Positions 1 through 10,237 of a stretch of 64,000 nucleotides of DNA are shown here, one piece after another (within the stretch, counting starts at the first letter, position 1; every line of letters starts with the position of its first letter). A model generated the notes under the pieces. It searched no databases, had not been told where the DNA came from, and saw only the letters and a program-made list of their open reading frames with translations. A program made the position numbers and the translations under genes. This DNA is from Spirochaetia bacterium (GTDB taxonomy: Bacteria > Spirochaetota > Spirochaetia > SZUA-6 > Bin103), in assembly GCA_965198005.1 (NCBI GenBank), contig CBDAOI010000001.1:192001-256000 (forward strand), given 5' to 3'.

Positions 1-25
1 CGAGGCGCAAGGAGATCGACACCGT

Positions 26-775
26 ATGGCAGGTTCATCACGATTTGACCCGTCGCTAGCAGATCGTGTCCTACCGCCTGCGCTGCTGGAATCTCTCCGC
101 CATCTGTTCGCGCAGGGGATCGATGACTGCATCCTCGTTGGCGGTACCGCCTTGGCCGGCTTCTACGCCGGGCATCGTCGGTCGGACGACCTCGACCTGT
201 TCACCGGCGATGCGGTCTCGTTCCGACAGACCGTTCTGGCGACTCGCTCGCTGCGTTCCATTGGCGTCGAGGTGGAGGAGCGGAGTCGCAGCAACCAGTA
301 TTATCGCGCCGTCTGTGATCTCAAACAGCTTAGTTTCACGGTGGACGTCGTTCTTGACGAGCGAATTCTCGGTACTGCCGAATCCAACTCCAGCGGCGCA
401 GTGGTCGTTGCCGGTTTGCCCACGCTCTTTGCCATGAAGGCAGCCACGCTTGTTTCGCGGTGCAGCGAAAAGGACCTCTACGATCTTCTGTGGCTGTTCA
501 ACGCCCATCCCGACACAGAACTCTCCGCGCTCATTGAGCTTGGGCAGACTGTCGATGCCGGAATGAACGGTGAGGCCCTCGTCTACAGTATCGGGAGTGT
601 CGAGCTGGAGCGGCAAGCATGCGCATTCGCGGTGCACTTCGGCGTCTCCGAGGCCACGGCATTCACCAGAATAACGGCGTTCCGAAACAAGCTCCTGAGA
701 GCGCTGGATCTCCACCTTACCGCTGGAACGAACAGCACGCTCCAGGACATTGTCCGCCGAATAGCAAGACTGTAA
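26..775 (+). CDS. AbiEii/AbiGii-family nucleotidyltransferase (type IV TA toxin-like)
   Basis: LVGGTALAGFYAGHRRSDDLDLF (GG…HRxSxDLD) and 'KAATLVSRCSEKDLYDL' motifs typical of AbiEii. Confidence 0.85.
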   Translation: MAGSSRFDPSLADRVLPPALLESLRHLFAQGIDDCILVGGTALAGFYAGHRRSDDLDLFTGDAVSFRQTVLATRSLRSIGVEVEERSRSNQYYRAVCDLKQLSFTVDVVLDERILGTAESNSSGAVVVAGLPTLFAMKAATLVSRCSEKDLYDLLWLFNAHPDTELSALIELGQTVDAGMNGEALVYSIGSVELERQACAFAVHFGVSEATAFTRITAFRNKLLRALDLHLTAGTNSTLQDIVRRIARL

Positions 776-814
776 GTGTAGAAGTGAGCATTCTCGAGAG
801 CGTGAAGCGGGAAT

Positions 815-927
815 TGATCGGGCAGGCGCAGGGGAATCACGCGGTGGGAGATCAAGCCGGCCTCGGACGGGCATGTGCGGAGACCGTTTATTGCGCCGTA
901 ACCAAATTGTGCGCTACGTGTTGAGTG
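815..927. repeat. 113-bp direct repeat, copy 1 (copy 2 at 24062-24174)
   Basis: tgatcgggcaggcgcagggg…ctacgtgttgagtg reads the same at both positions. Confidence 0.9.
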
Positions 928-1242
928 CGTGGCGAGCCAGAAATTGGGCGTCGCCAGACCGATGATGGCGATGGAGCGGCCGGTGTAGTCGCCCGCGGTG
1001 TCCTGCCGCACCGCCGAGTAGATGCCCACCGGCACGGCGATCACCAACCCGATGAGGATGGACAGGACACCCAGCTCGACGGTGATCGGCAGCCGCCCGA
1101 TGATTCTCTCCTCGACGGTAGCTCCGCCGAACAGCGAGTCGCCCAGGGTGCCGCGCAGGAAGATGCCGCCGAGCCAGCGCACGTACTGCACCGGCGCCGG
1201 CACATCCAGCCCGAGCATGCGCTCAATCCGTTCGCGGTCCAA
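928..1242 (-). pseudogene. internal fragment of dppB/oppB-like permease
   Basis: DRERIERMLGLDVP…GRSIAIIGLATPNFWLAT; truncated at both ends. Confidence 0.85.
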
Positions 1243-1274
1243 GTGTGCTCTGCCGCCTACTTCCTGCCCCAGCC

Positions 1275-1774
1275 GGGCCATGGTGTGGGACCCGGACCCG
1301 AGACATGCCAGTGCTGGCTTATGGCGTACAGATTCCCCTCTTTGACGAGCCGAGTCCGCTCCTCAAGCGTGGTGGCCGCCTTGGCGGCGTCGACCAGCGC
1401 GTCCATGTGCGGGTCGTTGACGCCCAATCCGTCGTTGTTCACGCCGTAGAAGGAATCGGAGCGGTAGAACACCTCAAGGTGTACGAGATCGCCATACACG
1501 GCAGCGCCTTCGCGTTCTCGTTGACCACGCCCATGAAGTGGGTTGCCCAGCCGCTGATCGACCAGTAATCGCAGTGCTCGCCGGTGCCGGTCCGGCCGTA
1601 GGTGAGGGTCCCTCCATACTGCGGCGCCTCCACCATCTCGCCGGTGGCGGGGTCGAGCACCATCTCCTTCTCGGCCGCGGCGGCCGCTTGGTCGCTCTCG
1701 CCGCTGGCAAACGTAACGGTAGCCACCAGCGCGAGCGCCAGTGTCAATATGCCGATTCTGAAAACGTAGTTCAT
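1275..1774 (-). pseudogene. family 5 ABC solute-binding protein with large internal deletion
   Basis: N-terminus MNYVFRIG…APQYGG…VVNE joined near 1500 to C-terminal DAAKAATTLEERTRL…; over 1 kb missing relative to the paralogue at 7724-9514. Confidence 0.85.
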
Positions 1775-2180
1775 GAGAAGAACCTCCGATTCTCGATTCT
1801 TGTTCGAGAGCATTCGCTGATCTTGCTGCCGGCCCCTCGCCTGCTCTCGTTGCCTGTCTGCCGCCCTGTGTCGTGTGCGGCGCAGGCGGGTCCCGATGAG
1901 GGCGACAACCTGGAACTCACCCCGGGGGCGATCAGGCGCAACTGCCGTCGATCGCGTCCGGCGGTGGATTACGGCTTCACGGGCACCTCCTGAATGGGTA
2001 CCGGACAGACGCAGGACGGCGCCGGTTGGAGGCGTGAACGGGTCTGGCCGGTGGATTGTTCTGTTGTCCGGCAACGCCGGGGGTGATTGCTGACTGGGGA
2101 CCAAGCAGGGCGGTGGCCGACGCGCGCGGTCGTCGGTTCACGGAGCCGGGCGCTTGGTGGGTGACGTGAGAGCTTACTGC
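1775..2180 (-). repeat. conserved SBP 5' leader, paralogous to 9515-9925
   Basis: about 400 bp of collinear non-coding similarity upstream of two SBP starts. Confidence 0.8.
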
Positions 2181-2191
2181 CCCTGGGGAGC

Positions 2192-2200
2192 GGGGGGGGG
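2192..2200 (+). repeat. poly-G tract (G9) in SBP upstream region
   Basis: direct read. Confidence 0.9.
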
Positions 2201-2341
2201 AGAGGGAGGGAGTAGACGGACGGGATGGGCCAAGCAGCACGCCGGACGGCAGTGCTCGGGCGCCACTAGCGTGGACCGGTGGCAGGGCTGTAGTGCGTAG
2301 TCAAGCATCATCCGTATTCCGTTCAAGTCCCCAACCCCGAT

Positions 2342-2371
2342 ACCATAGCACATCCCCGCCAGAGCGGTCAA
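2342..2371 (-). promoter_or_regulatory. sigma70-like promoter (TTGACC-18-TATGGT, extended -10)
   Basis: lies in a ~165-bp element (2212-2375) repeated at 23716-23880; points toward the SBP. Confidence 0.6.
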
Positions 2372-2475
2372 GCGTTACTTCGTGCTTGACGAGCGGCGCG
2401 TAGGGGCGGACGATTTACCGAGCCGCAATCGGATGAGCGCGGTGATCGGGTTGGAGCAGAGCCGGTCGCTGAGCG

Positions 2476-2612
2476 ATGATCTTGCGGGATGCCCTGCCCC
2501 ACCACGGTCATGATCGTGAGCGGCAGCAACCGGCCGGGGAACGACATCCAGGCGTCGACGCCGCGCTGCAGGAGCATGTCCAGCTTGCCGCCCATGACCT
2601 CGCCCGCGCAGC
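2476..2612 (-). pseudogene. small dppC-like permease fragment
   Basis: GGKLDMLLQRGVDAWMSFPG…TIMTVVGQGIPQ. Confidence 0.75.
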
Positions 2613-2639
2613 CGGCGTGTGGCGACCACGTTGCTCGGC

Positions 2640-2915
2640 TCAGGAACGCGTCTCCGGCAAACGGTCCCACTCGGGAACGGTTCGTTCCGGAACCGTAGCG
2701 AGGATCTCATCCACCGCCCGCAGTAGCTGTTTCTTGTTGACGTTGCTCAGGATACCGTCGAAATAGGACTGATTCTCCAGTTCCGCGATCTCCTTGGTGA
2801 ACGCGTACAGGGCAAACTGATTGATCGAGACCCCTTGCAGGGCTGAGACCTTCTCGATCCGTTTCTTCAGCACTGCGGGAACCCTGATCGTCATCGTATT
2901 CGTGCTACTTCCCAT
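2640..2915 (-). CDS. HicB-like / RHH antitoxin
   Basis: MTIRVPAVLKKRIEKVSALQGVSINQF RHH-type motif; overlaps the upstream PIN gene. Confidence 0.75.
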   Translation of the reverse strand: MGSSTNTMTIRVPAVLKKRIEKVSALQGVSINQFALYAFTKEIAELENQSYFDGILSNVNKKQLLRAVDEILATVPERTVPEWDRLPETRS

Positions 2916-3345
2916 CCGACTTCCTCCACTCAACGAGAAACTGGTACGGCGTCACAACTCGAAAGGAATCGTGCTTCAGTTCCGAGCCAGACACGAAGTC
3001 TCTAGTGTTCTGCGTAATCAAGTGGCTGCTCTCACTCGCCACCGCGAGCTCTACGAACATGTTGTCCGCCTCATCTTGCAGATTCGGGCGCCACAGGTAG
3101 TACACCCGGCTTGGGCTCGAAACGAATGCGACGAATCGCAAGACCGTATCGAGCTGATCCGCAGAGAGACTCAGCAGCGCCATGTTCTCCGGGCGGGTGA
3201 GCACCGCCCGATACTCCTCAAACACGGGAACTGACAGCGCCAGCCGGAGATGCCCGTCTCGAATCAAGCGAAACACCGCGTGTGACGCACCCGATCGACT
3301 GCAGAACGCCTGAAACAGAACGTTCGTGTCGAGAGTGACGGTCAC
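2905..3345 (-). CDS. PIN-domain toxin
   Basis: VTLDTNVL…EEY…DEADNMFVELAV…LITQNTRDF PIN acidic motifs; GTG start inferred. Confidence 0.85.
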   Translation of the reverse strand: MTVTLDTNVLFQAFCSRSGASHAVFRLIRDGHLRLALSVPVFEEYRAVLTRPENMALLSLSADQLDTVLRFVAFVSSPSRVYYLWRPNLQDEADNMFVELAVASESSHLITQNTRDFVSGSELKHDSFRVVTPYQFLVEWRKSDGK

Positions 3346-3462
3346 AGACAAGAGATACCATATATGCTGGCAAAGGGCCAGGTGCCGAAGACACCGTAAC
3401 GCACGCCACCGTGCCCGACGTGGCGGCACCCGGTCGCGGACAGGCATGGCCGCCGGCCGGTA

Positions 3463-4425
3463 TCAGCCGGAGCGCTCGGCCTTTTGCAGGGCGCGGCGGG
3501 CGCCTTCGATGGCGCGGGCGCTCATGCCGCCGCTGCCGAGGCCGGCGCCGCCGCCACCGCCCCGCAGCCGGGGGTCGAGCAGGTCGCGCACCGCGTCGCC
3601 GAACATGTTGAGGCAGTACACCACCACCGTGAGCGCCACCCCCGGCCACATCGCCAGGCGCGGCGCCATCTCCATGAACTGGCGCCCCTCGCGGCTCAGC
3701 ATGCCGCCCCAGCTCGGCACCGTGGTCGGCAGCCCGAACCCCAGGAAGCTCAAGGACGCTTCGGCGATGATGATGCCGCCGATCGTGATCGAGAACACGA
3801 CGATGACCGGCGCGGTGATGTTCGGCCACACGTGGCGCCTGAGGATGTGCCAGGGAGCGCTGCCGATCGCGCGCGCGGCCTCGAAGTAGGGGTTCTCCTT
3901 GATCCCGATCACGGCACTGCGGATCACGCGCGAGTTGCCGATGCCGGAAGTGACGCCGAGCACGACGATGATCTGCAGGATGCCCTGGCCGACGATGGTG
4001 ATGATCGTCAGCAGCAGCAACAGGCCGGGGAAGGACATCCAGGCGTCGACGAAGCGCTGCACCAGTATGTCCAGCTTGCCGCCCGCGAAGCCGGCCACGC
4101 CGCCCACCAGCAGCGCCACCACTGTGCTCAGCAGGGTGGCGGCAAAGCCCACCCCGAGCGAGGTGCGGGCGCCGTACACCAGCCGGCTCAACACGTCGCG
4201 GCCGAGCTGGTCGGTGCCCAGCAGGTAGGTGGCCGACGGGTCGCCCAGCCGGTCGACCAAGTGCATCTCGGCGAAGGGGAAGGGAGCCAGGACATCGGCC
4301 AGGATGGCGATCAGCGCCAGCAGCAGGACTACCACCGCGCTCGCCGCCCCCAACGGCCGCTCCCCCACCAGCCGCCGCAGCAGGTCGAGCAGAAAGGGCC
4401 GCGGTTTGGGCTGAGTCGGTCGCAT
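3463..4425 (-). CDS. peptide/nickel ABC permease (DppC/OppC-like)
   Basis: LGTDQLGRD, EAARAIG (EAA loop), EASLSFLGFG, PSWG, GDAVRDLLDPR. Confidence 0.92.
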   Translation of the reverse strand: MRPTQPKPRPFLLDLLRRLVGERPLGAASAVVVLLLALIAILADVLAPFPFAEMHLVDRLGDPSATYLLGTDQLGRDVLSRLVYGARTSLGVGFAATLLSTVVALLVGGVAGFAGGKLDILVQRFVDAWMSFPGLLLLLTIITIVGQGILQIIVVLGVTSGIGNSRVIRSAVIGIKENPYFEAARAIGSAPWHILRRHVWPNITAPVIVVFSITIGGIIIAEASLSFLGFGLPTTVPSWGGMLSREGRQFMEMAPRLAMWPGVALTVVVYCLNMFGDAVRDLLDPRLRGGGGGAGLGSGGMSARAIEGARRALQKAERSG

Positions 4426-4434
4426 GCGCCAGAC

Positions 4435-4990
4435 TCTACCGGTACTGCACCCGCGGGTCCAGGTAGCCGCAGAGGATGTCGATGAACAGGTTGATCGTCA
4501 TCACCGCGGTCGCGAAGAACAGGTTGATGTCCGATGTCCGATACCAGCGGGTAGTCGCGCACGTTGAGCGCTTCCAGCATCAGTCGGCCCAGACCCGGCA
4601 GCGCGAACATGTTCTCCATGATCACCGAGCCGCCGACCAGGATCGGGAGCTGCAGGCCGATCAGGGTCACCACCGGGATCAGCGCGTTCTTGATCAGTGC
4701 CGGAGGATGATCAACCGCTCCCTGAGTCCCTTCGCCCAGGCGGTGCGGATGAAGTCCTGGCGCAGCACCTCCAGCATCATGGTGCGCGTCATGCGCATCA
4801 CGGTGGCCGACAGGTAGGTGCCCAGAATGAGGCTGGGAATGAACAGGTGGCCGAGATTGCGAAGCGGGTCGTCGGCGAACGCCACCATGCGCAGCGGCGG
4901 CGCCCACGCCCACCAGATGGCGGGAAAGGTCAGCATCAGGGTGGCGAGCCAGAAATTGGGCGTGGCCAGGCCGATGATGGCGATGGAGCG
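4435..4990 (-). pseudogene. 3' half of dppB-like permease with small indels
   Basis: RSIAIIGLATPNFW…MRMTRTMMLEVLRQD…KNALIPVVT with frameshifts; 5' end replaced by an SBP fragment. Confidence 0.85.
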
Positions 4991-5360
4991 GACCGGAAGG
5001 TAAGCTCCCACATGTTGATGTCGGGATCGGTATTCTGCAGGTTCTCGACCTGGTCGAGCGCCCGCAATTGGGTGTCGCCTACCGTCCCCAACATATCGAG
5101 TTGACCCGAGCGCAGGGCCACGATCCGCGCCGCTGCATCCGGCATGATCAGGACGTTCACCTCGTCGACGTAGGGCAACCGGTTGTTCGGAAACTTATCG
5201 TCAAACCCCCAGTAGTCGGGAACCCTGCGCCAAGTGATGGAGCTGTCTTCGACCAGGTCGGTCAGCTCCATCGGCCCGGTACCCACCAGATTCATGCAAT
5301 CCTGCAGGTCGCCGTGTTGCTGGATCACCTCCGGCGGGTAGATGAAGGTAACCCACGCGT
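4991..5360 (-). pseudogene. internal SBP fragment fused to dppB fragment
   Basis: IYPPEVIQQHGD…GTGPMEL…NRLPYVD…ALRSGQLD. Confidence 0.85.
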
Positions 5361-5405
5361 CGAGTGTCGTTTCTTGTTGTGTCAGCGTTAGTGCTCAGTT
5401 ACTGG

Positions 5406-5431
5406 TATGGAACCATAAATACTGTAGTATT
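5406..5431. promoter_or_regulatory. paired palindromes (TATGG-aa-CCATA; AATACT-gt-AGTATT), putative antitoxin operator
   Basis: immediately upstream of the antitoxin ATG at 5437. Confidence 0.5.
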
Positions 5432-5436
5432 GCATC

Positions 5437-5739
5437 ATGAAGACCACCATCGATCTGCCGGATGCCCTCTACCGGAGAGCGAAGATCCGCGCGGCCGAGC
5501 GCCGCACCACACTGCGCGCACTGCTCACCGAGTCGCTGGAGGCTCACCTGCTCGAACAGCAGGCGCCGGGTCCGGAGTTGCCGCAACGGGACCGGTTCCG
5601 CACCGATGAGCGCGGCTGGCCGATTCTCCAACGGCCAGCCGGCGACCGCCGAGTGATCACCGATGACTTCATCAACCAGCTTCGGGAAGAGGAAGACCCC
5701 GGCGGCCCCGGATCGCCGGCCGGCGCTACCCACCCCTGA
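5437..5739 (+). CDS. RHH/CopG-type (VapB-like) antitoxin, orphan
   Basis: MKTTIDLPDALYRRAKIRAAERRTTLRALL; no downstream toxin, it runs into the dppC 3' end. Confidence 0.75.
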   Translation: MKTTIDLPDALYRRAKIRAAERRTTLRALLTESLEAHLLEQQAPGPELPQRDRFRTDERGWPILQRPAGDRRVITDDFINQLREEEDPGGPGSPAGATHP

Positions 5740-6622
5740 GCCGCGGGTCGAGCAGGTCGCGTAGCGCATCGCCGAACATGTTGAGGCTGTAGATGACTAT
5801 GGTGAGGCACAGCCCCGGCCACAGCGCCAGCCAGGGCGCCGTTTCCATGTACTGCATGCCCTCTCGACTGAGCATGCTACCCCAGTCCGGCGTGCTCGGC
5901 GGCAGGCCGTAGCCGAGAAAGCCCAGCGACGCGGCGGACAGAATATTGCCGCCAATGCCCACCGAGAACACGATGAGCATCGGCGCCATGATGTTCGGCA
6001 GGACGTGTCGGAACAGCGTCATCCGCAGCGGGGTGCCAATGGCGCGCGCCGCCTGGAAGTAGTCGTTCTCTTTGATGGCGACCACGGCTCCCCGCGGCAC
6101 GCGCGAGCCGCTGATGCCACCCGATACGCCAAGCACGACGATGATCTGCACTAGCCCGGGGCCCGTCAGCGACATGATCGTCAGCAGCAGGAGCAGGCCC
6201 GGGAAGGCCATCCACGCGTCGACGACCCGCTGCACCGCCAGGTCAAACCTGCCGCCGACGAAGCCCGACGTGCCGCCAACCAGAATCGCGACGACGATGT
6301 TGAGCGTAGTCGCCGCCAGACCGACGAACAGCGAGATGCGACCGCCGTTGATGAGACGACTCAACAGATCGCGGCCGACCTGGTCAGTGCCGAGCAGGTA
6401 CTTCGCCGAAGGACCCTGCAGCCTGTCGATCACATGCAGCTCGTTGTGCGGATACGGCGCGACGGCGTCGGAAAAGATGGCAACGAAGATCAGAATCAGG
6501 AAGACGGCGGCACCGGCCGTTCCCAGCGGCTTGGTCTTGACCAGCCGAGTCAAGAAGTCGATCAGACCCGTGCGCCGCGCTGTCCTGGGCGTCGTGACAG
6601 AAGTCGTTGTCGAGTCACTCAT
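5726..6622 (-). CDS. DppC/OppC-like permease
   Basis: LGTDQVGRD…QAARAIG…PDWG…GDALRDLLDPR. Confidence 0.92.
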   Translation of the reverse strand: MSDSTTTSVTTPRTARRTGLIDFLTRLVKTKPLGTAGAAVFLILIFVAIFSDAVAPYPHNELHVIDRLQGPSAKYLLGTDQVGRDLLSRLINGGRISLFVGLAATTLNIVVAILVGGTSGFVGGRFDLAVQRVVDAWMAFPGLLLLLTIMSLTGPGLVQIIVVLGVSGGISGSRVPRGAVVAIKENDYFQAARAIGTPLRMTLFRHVLPNIMAPMLIVFSVGIGGNILSAASLGFLGYGLPPSTPDWGSMLSREGMQYMETAPWLALWPGLCLTIVIYSLNMFGDALRDLLDPRLRGG

Positions 6623-6634
6623 CAGTCCGCGTCC

Positions 6635-7597
6635 TCACCGGTACCTGATTCTCGGGTCCAGGAATGCGTAGACCACGTCGATGATGATGTTGTTCAAGAC
6701 CACAACGGTCCCGAACACCAGATTCACGCCTGACACGACGGTGTAATCGCGATCCTGCAACGCGAGCAACATCAGCCGCCCCAGTCCCGGAAGATTGAAG
6801 ATGTTCTCCATGATCACCGAGCCACCTACCAGGATTGGCAGCTGCAGGCCGATGAGTGTCACGACGGGGATCAGTGCGTTCTTGATGGCGTGTCGCACGA
6901 CCACCACGCGCTCGCGCGCCCCTTTGGCCCACGCGGTGCGAATGTAGTCCTGCCTCAGCACCTCGAGCATCATCGTGCGCGTCATGCGCATGACGGCGGC
7001 GGCGCCTGAGGTGCCGAGGATCAGACTCGGTACGAAGAAACCCGAGAGGTTCCGTAGCGGGTCCTCGAGGAAGGGGACCAACCGGAGCGGAGGCGACCAC
7101 GCCCACCAGATCGCCGGGTAGATCATCACCATGACGCCCAGCCAGAAGTTGGGCGTGGCCAGGCCAACGATCGCCACCGATCGTCCGACGTAGTCGCCCA
7201 CCTTGTCCTGTCTGATGGCGGAGTAGATGCCCACCGGCAGCGCGATGACCAGGCCAATCAAGATCGCCAGCAAGCCTAGCTCAAACGTGACCGGCACGCG
7301 TCCGATAATTCGCTCGCCGACCTCCCAACCGTGCAACAGGGATTTGCCGAGGCTGCCGCGTAGGATGATGTCGCCCACCCAGCGCCCATACTGGACGTAT
7401 ATGGGCTGGTCGAGCCCGAACATCTTCTCGACCGCCGCGGGATCCGCATCGAGAATGCCACCGGTCAGCATCATCTGCTCCATCATCACATCGACGATGT
7501 CGCCGGGGATGAAGCGGACCGACAGGAACACCAGCATCGACAGGATGACCAGGGTCGGAATCGCAAGCAACAGACGACGGATCAGGTACGCTGTCAT
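6635..7597 (-). CDS. DppB/OppB-like permease
   Basis: MTAYLIRRLL…PNFW…QDYIRTAWAKG…DPRIRYR. Confidence 0.92.
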   Translation of the reverse strand: MTAYLIRRLLLAIPTLVILSMLVFLSVRFIPGDIVDVMMEQMMLTGGILDADPAAVEKMFGLDQPIYVQYGRWVGDIILRGSLGKSLLHGWEVGERIIGRVPVTFELGLLAILIGLVIALPVGIYSAIRQDKVGDYVGRSVAIVGLATPNFWLGVMVMIYPAIWWAWSPPLRLVPFLEDPLRNLSGFFVPSLILGTSGAAAVMRMTRTMMLEVLRQDYIRTAWAKGARERVVVVRHAIKNALIPVVTLIGLQLPILVGGSVIMENIFNLPGLGRLMLLALQDRDYTVVSGVNLVFGTVVVLNNIIIDVVYAFLDPRIRYR

Positions 7598-7673
7598 CTC
7601 ACTTGGCAGCCGCAGACCACGCTCCCCGCCCTGAGGCGGGTCCACTGCGAGTCGCTTACGGCGAGACGCTCGG

Positions 7674-7697
7674 GGAGCCCGCCCTAAGGCGGGCTCC
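7674..7697. terminator. intercistronic stem-loop between SBP and dppB
   Basis: GGAGCCCGCC-ctaa-GGCGGGCTCC perfect 10-bp stem; such hairpins often stabilise SBP mRNA in ABC operons. Confidence 0.55.
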
Positions 7698-7723
7698 TTG
7701 ACGATCCGTCCGTGGACGGATCG

Positions 7724-9514
7724 TCAGAACCCCATCTCCCGCTTCAGATCCTGATCGATCCAGAGACGCGAGTAGATCAGAATACGGTCCATGTCGCCGG
7801 GGTCGGCCTCGCCGTTGTAGCCCTTCACCCACGGCCAGAACGCGTTGAACTGTGGCACGCGGGCGCCCCAGATCGGAACGTGCTGACGGTTGAGATAGTC
7901 GGAGGCCTCCCTGGAGAGTCGCTGGCGCTCTTCCAACGTGGTGGCCGCCTGCACGCGCCTGACCATCTCGTCGTAGCCCGGATCGTCGAGTCTGCGGGGC
8001 GGGTCGTTTGTCCAGTATAGGAGCTGACCCGTCGGATTCCATTCGTATCCGGAAGCCCCCATGCGGACGTCGAAGTCCTTCGCGCGGCGCCGAGCCATCA
8101 CTACGGGGCCCTCAAGATACGAGATCGTTACGTCGATGCCGATCTCTCGCCAGCCCGCCGCCAGGAGCTCATTCCAGCCTTGGTCGCCCCACGTTGGTGT
8201 AGAGATTACCTCCATCTCGAAGCGGGTCCCGTCGGCGCCGCGCGGTAAGCCGGCTTCGTCGAGCAGCCTCTCGGCCTCTGCCGGATTGTAGGAATACGCC
8301 GCCTTGAGGTCCGCCGGCCAGTCCTCGTAGCGAGTCATGTAGGGATACAGGGCTCGCCCCAACCACCCCTGTGGCTGGGTGATTGCATGGCCCTTGAAGT
8401 AGGTTTCGCCCCAGCCCTCGATGTCGAGGGCCAACTGCAGAGCGCGGCGCACGCGGACGTCGTCGAAGGGCGGCTTGTTCGGGTTGACGACGGGGGACGT
8501 CTCAGACCGATAGGAGTAGCCCTCGACGACGATGCCAGGGTTGGTGCGTTGCAGGGTCTCCACCTGGTCGATCGACGTAAGCTGTGCGCTTCCCTGGAAG
8601 CCGACGAAATCGACCTTTGCCGAGCGCAAGGCGGCAAGACGCGTCTGGGGCTCGGACATCACCAGTGCGGTGATGGTGTCGACATAGGGCAGCCGGTTCT
8701 GGGGGAACTTCTCGTCGAAGCCCCAGTAGCCGGGAGCCTTGTCCCAGGTGATGGAGCTGCCTTCCACCCAGTCCGTGAGCTCAAAGGGTCCGGTGCCTAC
8801 CAGGTTCTGCCAATCGCCGATATCGACTCCGGTCCCCGCCCGAATCACCTCCGGCGGATAGATGAACAGGACGTTCTGCGTCAGGAGCGTCTTGACCGCG
8901 TCCAGGTTCAGCTCCGCCAGCTTGAAGACGACGCTGTTGCCCTGGGCCGTTACGGAGGTGATGCCGAGGTTGTCCGCGGACGACACGGCGGCGACGCCTT
9001 CCGGCACCTCGGTGAAGCCGCTACCCAACCCGAGGAAGCGGTGGAAGTTGAACTCCACGTCCTTGGCGGTGAGCGCGCGACCGTTCATCGGCGCCTTGTC
9101 ATGCCAGTTCACGCCCTGGCGGATGTGAAAAACGATGGTCGTGGGGTCGGGCTGCTCCCAGCGCTCGGCCAGGCGTCCGACGATGATGTCGTCGGGCAGG
9201 TAGGTGGTGCGGAAGTCGAACTTGTCGCGACTGACGCCCCAGTCACCGATACCGAGCTTCTCCACCACGAGGCCTGCCACGATCGCGGGCGGGTGGCGGT
9301 AGTACGTGTCCACCGTTGGCGGATCCCCGCGTAGCGTGACGGTGAGCGTGCCGCCGTACTCTGGGGCGGTGACCATCTTTCCGGTGGTCGGGTCTGTCAC
9401 CATCGGCTTCTCGGTCGCCGCAGCTGCCCCTTCGCCTTCTCCGCTGGCAAACGTAACGGTAGCCACCAGCGCGAGCGCCAGTGTCAACAAACCGATTTTG
9501 GAAACGTAGTTCAT
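7724..9514 (-). CDS. family 5 ABC solute-binding protein (DppA/OppA-like)
   Basis: signal peptide, APEYGGTL, LAERWE, GTGPF, PFDDVRVRRAL. Confidence 0.92.
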   Translation of the reverse strand: MNYVSKIGLLTLALALVATVTFASGEGEGAAAATEKPMVTDPTTGKMVTAPEYGGTLTVTLRGDPPTVDTYYRHPPAIVAGLVVEKLGIGDWGVSRDKFDFRTTYLPDDIIVGRLAERWEQPDPTTIVFHIRQGVNWHDKAPMNGRALTAKDVEFNFHRFLGLGSGFTEVPEGVAAVSSADNLGITSVTAQGNSVVFKLAELNLDAVKTLLTQNVLFIYPPEVIRAGTGVDIGDWQNLVGTGPFELTDWVEGSSITWDKAPGYWGFDEKFPQNRLPYVDTITALVMSEPQTRLAALRSAKVDFVGFQGSAQLTSIDQVETLQRTNPGIVVEGYSYRSETSPVVNPNKPPFDDVRVRRALQLALDIEGWGETYFKGHAITQPQGWLGRALYPYMTRYEDWPADLKAAYSYNPAEAERLLDEAGLPRGADGTRFEMEVISTPTWGDQGWNELLAAGWREIGIDVTISYLEGPVVMARRRAKDFDVRMGASGYEWNPTGQLLYWTNDPPRRLDDPGYDEMVRRVQAATTLEERQRLSREASDYLNRQHVPIWGARVPQFNAFWPWVKGYNGEADPGDMDRILIYSRLWIDQDLKREMGF

Positions 9515-9926
9515 GATGAGAACCTCCGATTCTCGACTCTCGTTCGAGAGCATGTACTGATCCTGGTGCCGGCCCCTCGTCTGCTCTCGTGGCCTGTCTG
9601 CCGCTTTGTGTTGTCTGCGGCGCAGGCGGTTCCAACGAGGACGACAACGTAACTTCGCGATGACCCCGGGGGGCGATCAGGCGCAACCGTTGATCGCGTC
9701 CCGCGGTGGATTACGGCTTCACCGGCACCTCCTGTATGCGTACCGGTCAGACGCAGGTCGACGCCGGTCGGCGTGAACGGGTCTGGCCGGTGGATTGTTC
9801 TGCGGTCCGGCAACGCCGGGGGTGATTGCTGACTGAGGACCAAGCAGGGCGGTGGCCGACGCGCGGGGGCGTCGGTTCACGGTGCCGGGCGCTCGGAGTG
9901 TGACGTGACAGTTGGAGCTTACTGCC

Positions 9927-10050
9927 GGCCCTGGTGCCTCTGGCGGTTGCAGCACCAGGCGCGCCCACTCGCCGGCGTTCCCTGGGCTGCAAGCCCGTCC
10001 GCCTGCCGCGCTCCCGAATCGACCGCTTCGAGGGGCGACTCGAGTATTGG
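9927..10050 (+). pseudogene. N-terminal fragment of a Uma2-like endonuclease; duplicated at ~23914-24060
   Basis: GCKPVRLPRSRIDRFEGRLEYW; near-identical DNA at both sites. Confidence 0.55.
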
Positions 10051-10226
10051 CACGGCTGCGGTCGCCGGCAAGGGCGCGGGCGGTCCGCATGCCGGTTCGG
10101 CGATGGACCGAGCCGGCGCCACGGATAACTACGGCGGTGGTGAAGGCGACGGCGTGCGCGCTTTCGCGTACGGGGCGATCAGCCGGAGCGGTTAGTTGTT
10201 TCTCGGTTCGAAAATGTTGTGTGTGT
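10050..10226 (-). repeat. leader element 'L1', paralogous to ~57625-57800
   Basis: ggtccgcatgccggt…gatcagccggagcggttagttgttt…cggttcgaaaa shared. Confidence 0.8.
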
Positions 10227-10237
10227 GGGGGGGGGGG
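10227..10237 (+). repeat. poly-G tract (G11)
   Basis: direct read. Confidence 0.9.
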
